A stretch of 63,692 bases of DNA, the filler included, from Basidiobolus ranarum (Eukaryota): the NCBI GenBank assembly GCA_040143965.1. It is 13 parts of 13 records of this genome, joined end to end, with 100 filler letters (N's around TTAATTAATTAA, not from the genome) between each part and the next. Parts side by side here need not be neighbours in the genome. Positions count along the whole stretch, not along the records: positions 49,117 to 53,911 come from JASJQH010008702.1; positions 54,012 to 58,802 come from JASJQH010008703.1; positions 58,903 to 63,692 come from JASJQH010008704.1; 10 more parts are not named here. One strand, 5' to 3'. The notes beneath the pieces were generated by a model. That model ran no database searches and was not told the DNA's origin. It saw nothing but the letters and a program-made list of their open reading frames with translations. Numbering within the stretch: position 1 is the first letter of the stretch; each line of letters opens with the position of its first letter. Made by a program: the position numbers and the translations under genes. Of this stretch, positions 51,308 to 63,692 are shown one piece after another.

Positions 51308-52020
51308 GATTACTGGTAGTGTGTATCATCCAAAAATGAGTGGCAAGATAAATCAATGTATCTACAATATCCAAGAATGTGTAGTAATATAAATAAATTA
51401 AGGTATCAAAAGAAAATTGAAAACCGACGATCTATATGGAGGTTAATGAAAAATGAATGTAAAGCTTGATGGGGGGTGTTCCTTTATATTCATATCATCT
51501 TTATATCTATAGCTTTAGTGCATAGTTCTGTGACAAATCCGGTGTCATTGTTTTCCTGAATAGAAATTGTAAGATAAGACTAGTAAAGTCTATCTAAAGA
51601 CTCAAGAGTCGAGCATAGGCTAGATTATCAGTTAGCAATAGCAAAATCAAGTAATGCCAAGGAGTGTCTTCAGGAGATACTGTTTGGCCGAGCTTCTCCA
51701 CTTTCTTGATTGGTGCTAGAGCCAAATTTTATAATACTTGGCCTGTTTTCTTAAAGACTGAGTTTGAAAGGAAATGACTGCTTCTGTTGTTAAGTATTCA
51801 CAGCCATATGCAATTCCCTTTTTACTGAGAGTTCGATGTTGTCAGTTTTCCAGCTATCATGTGGGTTTAGGTTAATTAGGGTTCAGTCCGTAAATAAAGA
51901 ATACTGAAAATTCTTAAAGATCACGTGAGCGCTCAACGTATGTCGCTACAGTGAGTAAAGGAAATGTTAGTCCTGTGAACTCTTGTACAGAGAGACCGAA
52001 ATTTCGGTAAATATCGTCAA

Positions 52021-53911
52021 ATGAATTTCGACAACTCGCTAAAGTTTCCCGGTCAAAGTACAACGCAAAAGACGACAGAAAATCATGGTTTCTATACAGA
52101 TTTAGGAAGCTTTCTATCTGAACTTGAGATACCAACTCCAACAGCTGTCGATGTTCTTCATAACCTTCAAAAAGAACCTAATGGTTGGCAACTAGCTTCT
52201 ATTCTCCTTGAAAATAGTGTAAGACATTTAAAATACATACCACCTATACTTAGCTAGCCATTAACATTGCCCTTACACAGTCTTCACAAAATCAATTCTT
52301 CGGTGCACACACATTTCAAATTAAAATTTCAAGAGATTGGTAGGTAAATCTTAATATTTGAGTGTTGGATAATTTATTCATCAACTTATAATTTAGGAAT
52401 ACTTTACCCGAAGGACAAGTTGAACAGCTACGCGACGAGATAATCAAATGGATAGTAGAATTCAGTAACGGACCTAACTTAGTTTTAACAAAACTATGTC
52501 TAGCTGTATGTAAATGTTAGATCTTTTTAAGGCTTCAAGTATGGTTGACTAATCTTTATGCTTAAATTTACTTCGTAGTTAACTACTTACGCTTTACGAA
52601 CTGTTCCCGAAACATGGACTAACTTTATTCCGGCCACTTTACAAGCTTTGGAAGTAGAATCTAAGAAGCCACATAGTAGACCTGTAAACACTGAGAACGC
52701 TTTTTTGGAGATCTTGACTCTCATTCCGGAAGAGCTCAATCGAGCTGACTTAATCGGCTCTAAGAAGTAAGATTGAAATAATCTGGCGTTTACTTGACTA
52801 TAATATTAATTTTTCAACAGGAGTCAATTTAACCAAGAGCTTCTCGATTCAATCCCCCTCGTACTCAACACAATCGGAACTTTCTTATCGAACGACACTC
52901 GAACAGATATCGCTTATGAATTATTACGCCAGAAATCGCTCAGATGTTTACAAAGTTGGATACAATATGGAATTCCTTCCGAGTAAGTGCCGTTTAATTC
53001 TCTTCTATCCACATTATTTATATGAGTGGGCTTTAATTAGTTCATAAAACATAGCTCCTTGGCTCCTATTTTCAATCGAGTATTGATTCTACTCCAGAGG
53101 GAATCGACCTTTGAGGCGGCTACTGAGGTCCTTATTGAGTTGCTGACTCGGCAAGGAAACTCGCAATATGGAAATACCCTAAGTGAGAGCTTTTTCCAGT
53201 GTATAACCAGCCCTTGGATGAAAAATGTGGTTGACACATGTATTAGAGGTAAATATCCAGATATTACCAAGGTGTGTTTAGTTTGGCTTATTGAACAAAG
53301 TTGTGTAGAGAGTAACGAAGATGTTGCGTCAAATCTGGCTCGACTTCTTACTACATATGGCGAGGAATTTACCGAGTATATTGTTCAACATCTTGCAAAA
53401 CCAGATACAAGTATATACTTGGAGATGATGATTGGGTTTATAGGCTTTCCCGGGTATTTCGCTGAAGATCAAGAAATATCCTTTTTATCCATAAAGATAC
53501 TCTTCACTTTCCAAGCTCTTTACACACCATTTTATTCTTAACTTTTTGCTACATTAGTGAGATCCCTTTGAATTTTTGGTACTTGCTGCAGGAGGGGATA
53601 CTCGATTTGACGATGGAGTGCAATGACCCTAGCATTCTTCAGAATACCAAGAGAGTCGCTTCAATGGTCTTCTCGAAGTTGGTTCAAGTTCTCCGACAAA
53701 AAATAGAATATCCCAGTGAGGAAGAGTGGGCATCCTGGAGTAAAGGTATGTCTTGTAGGCATGTGATATATGGAGGTGATTTCTGAACTGTACTAGATGT
53801 TAGGGATCGATTCAAGATCTACCGACGTGATGTTGGGGACACGTTAATCAACTCCTACCTTGTACTGCACGGCGAGATGCTGGAGTATTTATTAACTTTG
53901 GCCTCCACTCA
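52021..53911 (+). CDS. Importin-13/transportin-SR-like karyopherin, multi-exon, 3'-truncated (start uncertain)
   Basis: LQKEPNGWQLA, QFFGAHTFQIKISRDW, VLTKLCLA, LEILTLIPEEL, LRCLQSWI, EDQEISEIPLNFWYLLQE and FKIYRRDVGDTL. Confidence 0.85.
53476..53552 (+). other. U12-type (minor spliceosome) AT-AC intron, 77 nt, phase 0
   Basis: 5' ATATCCTTT, branch TTCTTAAC at 53535-53542, 3' CTAC. Removal gives in-frame EDQE|ISEIPLNFW. Confidence 0.88.
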
Positions 53912-54011
53912 NNNNNNNNNNNNNNNNNNNNNNNNNNNNNNNNNNNNNNNNNNNNTTAATTAATTAANNNNNNNNNNNNNNNNNNNNNNNNNNNNNNNNN
54001 NNNNNNNNNNN

Positions 54012-54563
54012 CCCACGTTTCATAATAGAAGCAAACACATAGATATTAAGCATCACTTCATTAGAGAGACTATAGGAAATAAGTTTATTGACTCAAGTTA
54101 TTGTTCTACAGAAGACATGATTGCTGATAAATTAACCAAACCATTAGCTAGACAGAAATTTGAGAAATTTAGACCTTTATTGGGATTAGTTTATGTGACT
54201 ATATAGTTGAGGGAGAGTGTTGAAATTTGCATTGCCTAAACACCAAAATAGTCATATATAGCTTAGTACTTAGTTTTCCATAAATCACTAAGGTATTATC
54301 AATTTTTCTCAAATGGAATTTACTGCAAATATTTTTACCAACTTAGCAGTTCTCTGACATATATAATTTTCAAACTTATGCTAGAAGCCCAAACTCTGCA
54401 CACATGATCCTGGGACCTTTTGTAACACATTCCACATGCTTGTTTATTTACATCTTGACAGAACTATAAATGTCAACTGTATACTCTTTAAATCAATAAG
54501 TGAAAACCACTACTCTTGCTAGTTCTCCAATCAACTTCCAACAGGCTCCTAAGTACTTTAGTA
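54012..54563 (+). mobile_element. Ty1/copia 3' end: RNase H C-terminus, polypurine tract and 3' LTR (family C, from 54218)
   Basis: FHNRSKHIDIKHHFIRE..STEDMIADKLTKPL..KFEKFRPLLGL, then GAGGGAGAG|TGTTGAAA. Confidence 0.93.
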
Positions 54564-54894
54564 GTAACCATATTTTCAGATTCAATATGTTTACCTACAA
54601 TTCTTTTAATGGAACCTTTACTTCTATGCCCAGTCCTTTCACAGCAATCTCAGAATGTGTTCCTTTTCTTCTTAAGGAAATTTGCCCTCCATAGGAAGGT
54701 TTCACATCACCTATTAAAGCATTTAATTCATTGTTTTGGCTGGATCCTGATATGTGTATATCCTCATCCGGAAGACTGCCTAATACATAATTAAAAGTCA
54801 AATTTTTAAGTTCATGATTCCAAAGCCATTGCTAAGCTTTGAAGCTTGTGAAGCAGGCTATTCATGACCGTAATTAGTGATTTAATGTCTTTTT

Positions 54895-55300
54895 GGTTGA
54901 AAATAGCTTTACCTAAAAACCTATATAGTCATATAGCTAAGTGTTTAAGTATCTTATATATGACTGAGATATTCTAGGGTATTGCCAATACACCTGAATA
55001 GTCATCTACAGCTTACTACTTAATTACCTTATGATTCACTAAGATATTTTCCATTATTCTAAATTGCAATTTACCTAGAACTTAAAGGTCCTCAGATAAA
55101 TAGTTTTTTCAAACTTGTGCTAGAAGCTCTAACATTTGCACACATGTTCCTGGGATCTCCCTTAACACATGGTACATATCAGTTTGTTTACATCTTAAAA
55201 CTATAACTGACAACTTACTGCTGAATAAGTTGTAAGTGAAAGCCACAAATTTCTCTAATTCTCCATACCAATTCCAAAAGGCACCCAAATACCTAAAAAG
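54895..55300 (+). repeat. Family C LTR copy
   Basis: Direct similarity to 54218-54563. Confidence 0.75.
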
Positions 55301-55319
55301 TATGTCAGCTCATGAAGAT

Positions 55320-56250
55320 CAGACATTTTCAATTTGGCAGATTAGCTGGATGTTGTCATTCTCCTGGCCTCATATTAAAGTCAGAGAGTTGTCTTCTTAG
55401 AAAGATCTTGTTGGCAGTGGAACATGATTCATAGATGTTGCACAAGGCTTTCCTTACCTTCTCAGCAGTTTTAACTCCTGAACATTGAGTTAGCAATTTG
55501 TCTTCAACATTATGACAAATTTTTTACAGGCACTTTGAGCTTTTGAACCTGGGGTGAAACTTTGATTTCAGATAGTTTTACATTGTTTCCTTCATCTACA
55601 ACAGTGTCCCAAAGTCCTATTTCTTGTAGCTATATTTCCATTTGAATTCTCTGGCCTTGATAATTGGTGCCATCCAATTTTTTCCAAAAAGAGAAAAATT
55701 ACAGACATTTGATGAGTAGTCACTACAGGAAGTGCAAGCTTAGGGCTCATATCCTGTTAAAGTAATTGGAAGCCTGTTAAAAATAGTTTGAGAATTAGGG
55801 TAATAAAATATTTTCATTTATTGAATTAGTGAGTAGTAAATTGACCTTTATACTTTTGTCAAGATAGAAGCAAACTCACATATAGAAGGTGTTAAGTATT
55901 GTCTCAGGAACATATATGCAGAGCTTGGGGCTTCAAGCAAAAGTTTGAAAAGTCTATATATCCTGAACTATTGAGTAAGTAAAAATATACCTACTAAATT
56001 CCAATTGGACTCAATGAGTAGTAGCTAGCATGTAGAATGTGTTAAGGAAGGTCCCAGGAACAAGCATGCAAAGTTTGGAGCTTCTAACACAAGTTTGAAT
56101 ATTCTACATATCTGAGAGTTTTTAAGTTGGTAAATATGTTCTAACTATATTCCAATTGGGAGCATGGGTAATATCTTGATGATATATAAGATAACTAAGT
56201 ACTAAGCTATATATAGCTATATAATTGCTTAGACAATGCTAATTTCAACA
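55320..56250 (-). mobile_element. Copia 5' end: composite family C LTR (56250-55755), PBS GGATATGAGCCCT and decayed gag
   Basis: LTR ends ..TTTAACA, then the PBS, then a frameshifted EKLD..NY..QMEI*LQEIGLWDTV. Confidence 0.8.
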
Positions 56251-57047
56251 CATCTGAGAAGAGTTAAGGAATGTCTCAGGACTCCTGTGCCAACTCTGGG
56301 GCCTCTAGGGCAAGTAGAGGAATTATATATGTGAGTAATCTTAGGGTAGTAAAGATATTCCAAGTACATTCCAATTGAGGGGTGTAGGTAGTGTCTTAGT
56401 CAAATATGAATAAACTAAATGCTATGCTACAGATGACTATATAGATTTGTATGCTCACTTAGCTTCAAGACTATCTTTGTACTATTCAGGCATAAATATT
56501 AAAAAACAAGTTCAAGAGTTCTCAAATATCTGCTTAGCATGTGGTCCTGTGCCTTATATTGACAGGCATGATTCTGCATAGCAATAGTTGAACAAGCTTA
56601 CTTTCTATAATATTGGTAATAATAAGATGCTTAGAGCTTTCATAAGTTCTTGTAATCTCAAACATAGGATATTAGCTGGACTTCTTCCATTGTGCCAAGA
56701 TTGTTAGGACCTTTAATCAAAATATTTTAGTTAAAATGATTGATACTCAGCATGCCAGCAGGTGCGCAATAGTGGAAAGTTGTGCTCCATAGGTTTTAGA
56801 ATATTATTAAATCCAATGTGCCATACAGCACAATCTGGCAGTATCACAGGGAACAAGTCTGCAATCTTGATGCAACTTTTATTTTTTTGAAGTATACTGG
56901 TTACTTAATTTTGACAGTAGCCCAAACATGTTAAGAATTATCTTGGTTATATTGACTTCTTTGTTGTTTGACAAGCAGTCATATGCCAACATGGGGGCTT
57001 TTACCATAACTAACATATTCTGTAAATCTGCATATTCACTTATATTT

Positions 57048-57394
57048 TATTAAAGTATTTGGGAGCCTGTTGGAAGTAGTTCAGAGAATTAGAGAAATTG
57101 GTGGTTTTCACTATTTGATTTGTTGAGTAGAAAGTTGACTTTTATAGTTTTGTCAAGATGTAAGCAATGTAATGTGTGGAATGTGTTATGGAAGATCCCA
57201 GGAATATGTGTGCAAAGTTTGGAGCTTCTAGCACAGGTTTGAAAAATAAACATATCTAAGAACTTCTAACTTGGAAAAATATTCTAGGTAAATTCCAATT
57301 GAGACTGATAGATAAAATCTTAATGAAATATAAGATTACCAAGTACTAAACTATATATGACTATATAGGTGCTTAGGCAATGCCAATTTCAACA
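57048..57394 (-). repeat. Solo LTR, family C
   Basis: Reverse match to the 54218 LTR; ends ..TTTCAACA on the plus strand. Confidence 0.85.
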
Positions 57395-58902
57395 TAGTGA
57401 GGTATCTGGTTATACCAAACCTCACTTATATGTTACTCACTTTTCACAATTGCAATTAATTTATGAACAAATTTTGTTGAAAAATGTTTTGATAAGAGAT
57501 GCCTGTGCTTTGGATTCCATATGTATGGAAGCACCTCAAGCTATTTTTGGTGGAGTTAGGAAGATGTAGTACATCCTTAAGAGTATACACTTTCTCTTCA
57601 GAAGCACCAGTTAAATTGACTTGGATTGTATTAGAAAAATATAGGCTGTTTGGAGGAACTTTAGAAAAGTGAAGTTGTGAATAGCTTTGTGAGATAAATA
57701 TTTATTGTTCAGAAATGAAGCATTTATACATTTTGGTGAAGAACATCTGTGGGAGTAAAATGATTATCTTTGGGGCAATTTGGACAAGTTTGAAGTTTAC
57801 AATTTTGGAGTTACTATGTATGTAAAGCCTCCTCATAACATAAATTACCATTACACCTTGGTTTCAAGTTTTCCCCAGCTATGACTGGATGCCACTCTCA
57901 ATTTTGGTAAACCTCAATTGTCATAAAATGCATAATAGGTTAAATTAGGTTGAATTGTCACAGATCCTTGCACTTCATTGAAAACCAAAGGTTAAACAAC
58001 AATATTGATTCTTGCATTACATCTCAATATAGCTTTGTACAAACTATTGTGTTCTTTTGGCCACCATAAGATTTAACAAGCAGGAAATATCATTGGAAAG
58101 GGATACAGATCTTGACCCCTCTTCTCCAAGTTAGGCCAAGTATAAACCTAAGGCCATACATTCAGAGTGTCTATATCGGGACCCCAAGTTTCTCCTCTAA
58201 TCCCACACTACACACACGAAAATTGGGGTACTTCCTTTATTGATTAATGATCAACTGACATTTGCCAAAATAGTGGATATCCAACGCTTGACACACAATT
58301 ATTCTAAGAATGAAGGGAAGCCTTTCTGAAGGGAATAGAGGACAAAGAGACACCCTATATTGTCCCAATTATCCTAAACGTTCTTTTGTGGTATGGGAGT
58401 GTGACCATTGTTGGCCTACTCAAACAACTGTCGTCATCGTTTTAAGACATACTTGCTATCCGATTGGCAAATAAAGTTAAATATGTACTATCGCTCTTGG
58501 ATCCACATGCCAAGAGGTTTACCAAGGCAGGCCCACCACCGTAAGCTATACTTCATCATCTTGGAATTAGGCATTGATGTCATACCATAGCAGAGTAGAA
58601 CTATAAGCTGAACTTGTATGATACTCCGAAAATAGTTCCAAATTGTAAAGCCATTAAAAGATTGTGACCTATGGATCTATCCGCAAAGCCCCAAAGTTTC
58701 CACATATTATTCGATGACCCTCTAAAACACGTTTAAGGAAGCAACAGCAGTACGATATATGCTGTACACTACAGTACGACATATTTGCATTCTCTGTCAC
58801 GGNNNNNNNNNNNNNNNNNNNNNNNNNNNNNNNNNNNNNNNNNNNNTTAATTAATTAANNNNNNNNNNNNNNNNNNNNNNNNNNNNNNNNNNNNNNNNNN
58901 NN

Positions 58903-59110
58903 TGCTGGATATTGAATAACGCATGCCAAATTTGAGGATCAATATTTTAACATGTATGAATACCGCCAAGATACCATCAAGAAACCGCCATCACACCATC
59001 AAAATCCCTGGCAAAATGCAAGCCAATGATATTGTGACAGTTCTCTGACTGTTTTGCTATTTTGGAGGGTGGATCCAATCCGGATCAAATTGATTTTATT
59101 TTTGTTAGGG
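58903..59110 (-). repeat. Putative DNA-transposon end CCCTAACAAAAATAAAATCAATTTGATCC
   Basis: Matches the 43553 terminus and a decayed copy at about 35253-35345. Confidence 0.65.
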
Positions 59111-60939
59111 TACTAAATAGGGAATATACTGTGGCAAGTTCAAGTGCTGGGGTGTTGGGGCCTACAAAGACCAATACAAAAAGGGATGATGTAACAATCA
59201 TGTAAGGATGATCTGGTGACCTTCCATTTAGAGTCTTGGTGGATGTATACTATGTGTGAGATGACATGATTGGTTTGGTTTCATGGAATGTTCCAATGAA
59301 CACAACTTCCATACAAGGTAACCAGGATGAACTAACAGAAGAATGCCAAGAAAGAATTGCATGGTAGATATTATGTCATAATTGGATAATAGAAGAGTTC
59401 TATTTGCAGTGCATGAGTATGCTGAGATCAGATTCATGACAATTGTCATGGTGTCGTTCATATGTATAGTGTAGGATTGATTTAAATTTTTTATGAGAAA
59501 GGATGGAGGGAGCAGTATATTGCTGTAGCTCAAATACTGTATTCCAAATGTCATTTACCATCACTGAGTAACTCTCTGACTGATGACTACTTGCTTCAGA
59601 ACAATGCATTAATTGAAAGATTGTAGCATTATTGCCTGGCATGGCCAGTACAGCAACTTTGTAGTTTTTACTTATGATTGCATACAAATTATTACAGTGT
59701 TCTGCCTGAGATACCTGCAATGTAATAATTCAATCCAAGTTGTCTACAGTAGGGTATTCATTAGTTTGCAAAGTAGGCATTTTGGAAATTGCTGGTCTTG
59801 CCAGTGTTTCTGTTGAACTTTGCTCAAATATTGATTTACTATGTAATTGGGGGATTGTATTATCTTCACTTGCAGTATTGCTAGAAAGAAACACATCTGG
59901 TAAATTGATCAATGCTTCTTCATTATTTGAGTTAGTTTCTGGCATGTTGATGCCTTCCAAAGTGGATAGTGGGTTGCTAGACTCTTCATCAATTAAGTCC
60001 TCAGTTCTTGCTGGTTTTTTTCCTTTCATGCCAGCAGGCTTTTGCTTGCAAGCCAATTTGATTTAAATTTTGAATGCTTTTTGAATGGCATTGAAAATTT
60101 CAGATGGTAAACTTGGTGTAACAAAATTGCTTAGAAACAGCCCATAATAAACCAAAATTACCATCCATTTCCAGAAATATCTTTTAAATCCCCCAACAAC
60201 TCATCTGTGACACTGTCTCATAATCAGCTGATAATGTTGTTGGTTTATACATAGAATACCACCCTCACATAGTGGGTGTTCTTTTTATACAGAAACCTTC
60301 TCATGTCACAACAGAAATGTCTTAACAAGCCCTGCCATTATTTTTTCAAATTGTTGTGTTATGAAAGCCAGAGGTTACATAGAAAAAATTGGACTATAAC
60401 CATGATATTTTGATCAGTAGTAGGTATTCCAATTCTTTTCATTTCATCCATCTATATAGTAGCTCTATTAATTAGTGATGTAAGGGCTACTTTCAACTGC
60501 AATTGGAGGCTTTCCCATATTAATTTCTCAAGTAGAAACCTAACAACTATAGTATTGTGAGATATAAGCAGAATAACATGGAAAATATCTTGAGCAAGGC
60601 CACAGGAACACGTGAGCTAAGCTTGGGGCTTGAATACACATTTGACAATCTATATATCACTGACAATAACAAAGTTGATTAAATTCAGTTTAGATTCACC
60701 TATTGGATGCTCAACACCATCTATGTTCTATCTGGACAATGATGGCTTATATTCTGCCAGATGTTTTGATGCCATAATAGCAGCTTCTTAATGATGTTGA
60801 GCTGGTAAGCATACATGCTGAAATATCAATCCCTAATATATGGCTTGAATTATTCAATTTTCTATAATTTTTGAACTGCAAATTACTGGGTTTACTGCTA
60901 TAGGAAATTACATAAATATGCCTGCCCTTACTTAAATAT

Positions 60940-62848
60940 TTTAGGCTCTATATTTCAGCCATAATGGGAATCAAAGAATACAAATATCTTCTTGGTTTAG
61001 TCTCTATATATGCACATATTTGGCTGGTCAGACAAAACACAACAATATCAGTAAGAATTGCCAGCCAACTAACATTTGAAAGATAGCTCAACATCTGAAA
61101 CTTAGAATAGCACCAACCCTTAGAAAATACCTAACTCTTGTTACAAACAACAATGCAAATGTGCTGTTGGAATTTGGAAAATCTTCATAAAGAATTGAGG
61201 CAACATTTCCTCAACTTGCAATCAACAAATGTCTGGTCACAAGTAGAAGTGTCAAAACATGAATAGGTTGCCCCATGGGCAAAGCAATCATACTTTATAT
61301 CTCAATCCATCTCAACAAGAAGCCTGCCCTGCTGCTTTTGCAGCGATGCCATCATATTATCACATGAACAAAAAAGTCCATGTTATTGAGATACCTACTC
61401 TATGTTGATGAATTGGGTTTTGGCACTGTTATTCAGCTCAAGCTATATAAAAACCTGTGGGCACAATGAAACAATCTCTGTGTTCAAAGGGAACCATAAT
61501 CTGAAGTCTCCTCAACCCATAGATTACATACATCACTGATTTGGCTGATACATTGTTGATCAGTTTGACATACTATAATACTGCAGATATTCTCATGGGA
61601 TTAATTCACCACAGGTACACTCCAGTAGGATTTTGAAGAATGAACAACATGAGCCTATGATCTGCAAGCATTGTTAAAGAAGCTACAGGGAATTTATCGA
61701 GCACTATCATAACTCCAGCTTATCTTCTTTAAGCCTGTAATAAAGCTATTCCTATCCAATTACATACTCTGTGCACAGTCATTGTAACTGCGTAAGATTT
61801 GAAAACATGAGTTTATGGCATGGTAATATATTAACAAATTCCACAAACAGCAACCATATTGCCAGTACTAGTATATATTAACATAGTGCTTCCAGTCTTA
61901 GCACATAAATAAATGACTAGATGAGTGGATGTTGATGGAAGTCCTGGTAAAGTATGATGGTATCTTGACATCTCCTGGTTTTTCCCCAGATGGCACAAAC
62001 TTTGATAATATCTTGCCTGGCTCATTCAGATTGAATTTTCAACTATATAGCTGAGTAAGGAGTATTGCAATATAGTTGAATAGCAAGTACATAGTGCATA
62101 ATAGGAAGCTTGGGCTCCAGCCAATCCTCTTTAACAACATAGATATAGGCTTATGCCAAAAAGAACTTCATTTACCTGATTCAGTGCTTACCAATTGTGT
62201 GCAAAGAGTACATGACTTCAGGTTTTCAGATTTTCCATGAAAGCCAAACAACCATATGGATATGAAGGTATTTAATTACTGAATGATTATAAGTGATATG
62301 CTTGATAAGCATTTTCCACTTTTACCAGTTCTATGGCAAGCAACCATTGTCAATGAATAGTGATACAAGTGTAACATACACAGTGATTACCTGGTTTCTA
62401 AGATTGCATTGAACTCTCCACCTCTCAATAATCAAAGCTGCTTCCTTGACTGTTGGTATTTATAGTGGAATAATGCCGGTCTATAACAAACAATCTCCAA
62501 AAAAATTGTTATCTTCTCCTTCATCTTCTTCAGATATATAGTTGTAAGCATTTGGATGACCAAGGTCAACATCTAGTAGCATGTCCTCAAAGTGTTCTAG
62601 ATATACTGGCTCAATGAAACCTGCTCTTTTACCTGTTTCATTCTGGTCATATAGATATTGTTTGACAGTATTTTCACTTTCAACAGTGTTACCACAACTT
62701 TGAGATAGAGCACAGCCAATGGACTTGGTGGGCAAGACTAAAGCAGTCTTTGTGTGTTTACTTCTGTTGATATGAACCAGGCTTGGTGCAACTGGTGGCT
62801 TTGTACAGTGAAGAAGCCTGTAAATATTACTTCTACCAGCCTTGTTCA
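60940..62848 (-). mobile_element. Decayed CMC/EnSpm-type element coding region
   Basis: 62040-62170 is homologous to 20040-20170. 62420-62500 is homologous to 37910-37990. 60950-61210 is homologous to 43860-44119. Confidence 0.6.
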
Positions 62849-63190
62849 TGATAAAAGTGAGTAAGGTATTTGGAAGTGTTTTGTAAAAGTGATGGAATTG
62901 TAAATTAGACACTTATGTTTTGTGGAATTAGATAAGTCCTATTTAGAGCTTGCTATAAAATAGCACTATTGAACATGCTGAGATCACTGCAAACATGCCT
63001 GTAAAGCAAGGGTAAAAATTTGAACAGGTTAGGAGATGTTTTGACAAAATAGTGAAAATCCGCAAAAGTGATATAATTGATATTTCCATTGATATTTCTA
63101 TCAATTAGAGGAATCAGCACATCTTTTTTAATAGCATAGTTGGGTCCTGAATAATTGGAATAAGAATATGCCAACTACTGATTATTGAGT
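62849..63190 (-). repeat. Diverged family B LTR
   Basis: TGATAAAAGTG..TTTGGAAGTGTTTTG..AATTAGACACTTA..TTGATATTTCTATCAATTAGAG, as in 5026-5275. Confidence 0.7.
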
Positions 63191-63692
63191 TGCCATTTGC
63201 TTAATATTTAAATTCCTACTCAACTATTTCTTTTGTTTTTCTCTTGAACCTGAGTAATATCTTAATAATTCAAATTGTACTTTAGCTAAAGGTTTAGTTA
63301 AGATGTCAACCATCTTTTCTATTGTAGGTAATTGACAGGTTCAATTATATCATTCTCTATTGCTTTGCCAACAAATAATGTCTGATATTTAGACAAGTTG
63401 TTCTTTCATAAAATGCACGGTTTTCTGCCAATGAAATACAACTTTTACTATCTTCAAATACAATAATGGCATGTTTTTGCATGTATCTTAAGTCTTTAAA
63501 TATATTTGATAGTCACATAGCTTCTGGTGTAGTAGAAGAAGCAGCCATACAATCTTCTACTATAGTGGATAATGCTACAGTTGATAACTTTTTACTATTC
63601 CAAGTTATGGCTCCTGTCCAATAGAGAAGTTGTCCCATGTTGTGGGTCGTCTGTCCGCCACTTTTCATGGCGTGCGTGGATCTCGGCAGGTG

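Noticed and set aside
58170-58802. Possible Tc1/mariner remnant
   Set aside because: Only a weak VVWEC-like resemblance; no DDE motifs supported.
4828-58902. Periodic TTAATTAATTAA motif and ORFs ending in XXX-LIN
   Set aside because: Artificial linker. Gene adjacency across spacers has no biological meaning.

Overview
This is not one locus. It is 13 separate contigs of about 4.8 kb, in descending size (4827 to 4790 bp), joined by artificial 100-nt spacers (N44-TTAATTAATTAA-N44). The DNA is eukaryotic with short introns and looks like an early-diverging fungus (Basidiobolus-like; this is inference). Gene-bearing contigs carry a secreted subtilisin, a decayed type I PKS, an ADF-H+PH protein, TMEM19, a PHO80/PCL-type cyclin, a Ris1/Uls1-like SNF2 ATPase, a probable GPI-anchored protein, a DUF5572-like/HIBCH-like fusion with three CP motifs, fzo1 with an in-frame TAG, fused importin-beta/MFS pseudogene fragments, three CYSTM-like genes and an importin-13-like gene. 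The other contigs hold decayed, strongly CpG-depleted Ty1/copia, Ty3/gypsy and CMC/EnSpm-type elements, solo LTRs and one tRNA-like sequence. The best leads are a CYSTM gene whose exons 2-3 are flipped between 62/66-bp inverted repeats, the CP-motif fusion protein, a clean U12-type AT-AC intron and sharp CpG-loss boundaries. Exon boundaries were read by eye; repeat and remnant coordinates are approximate.
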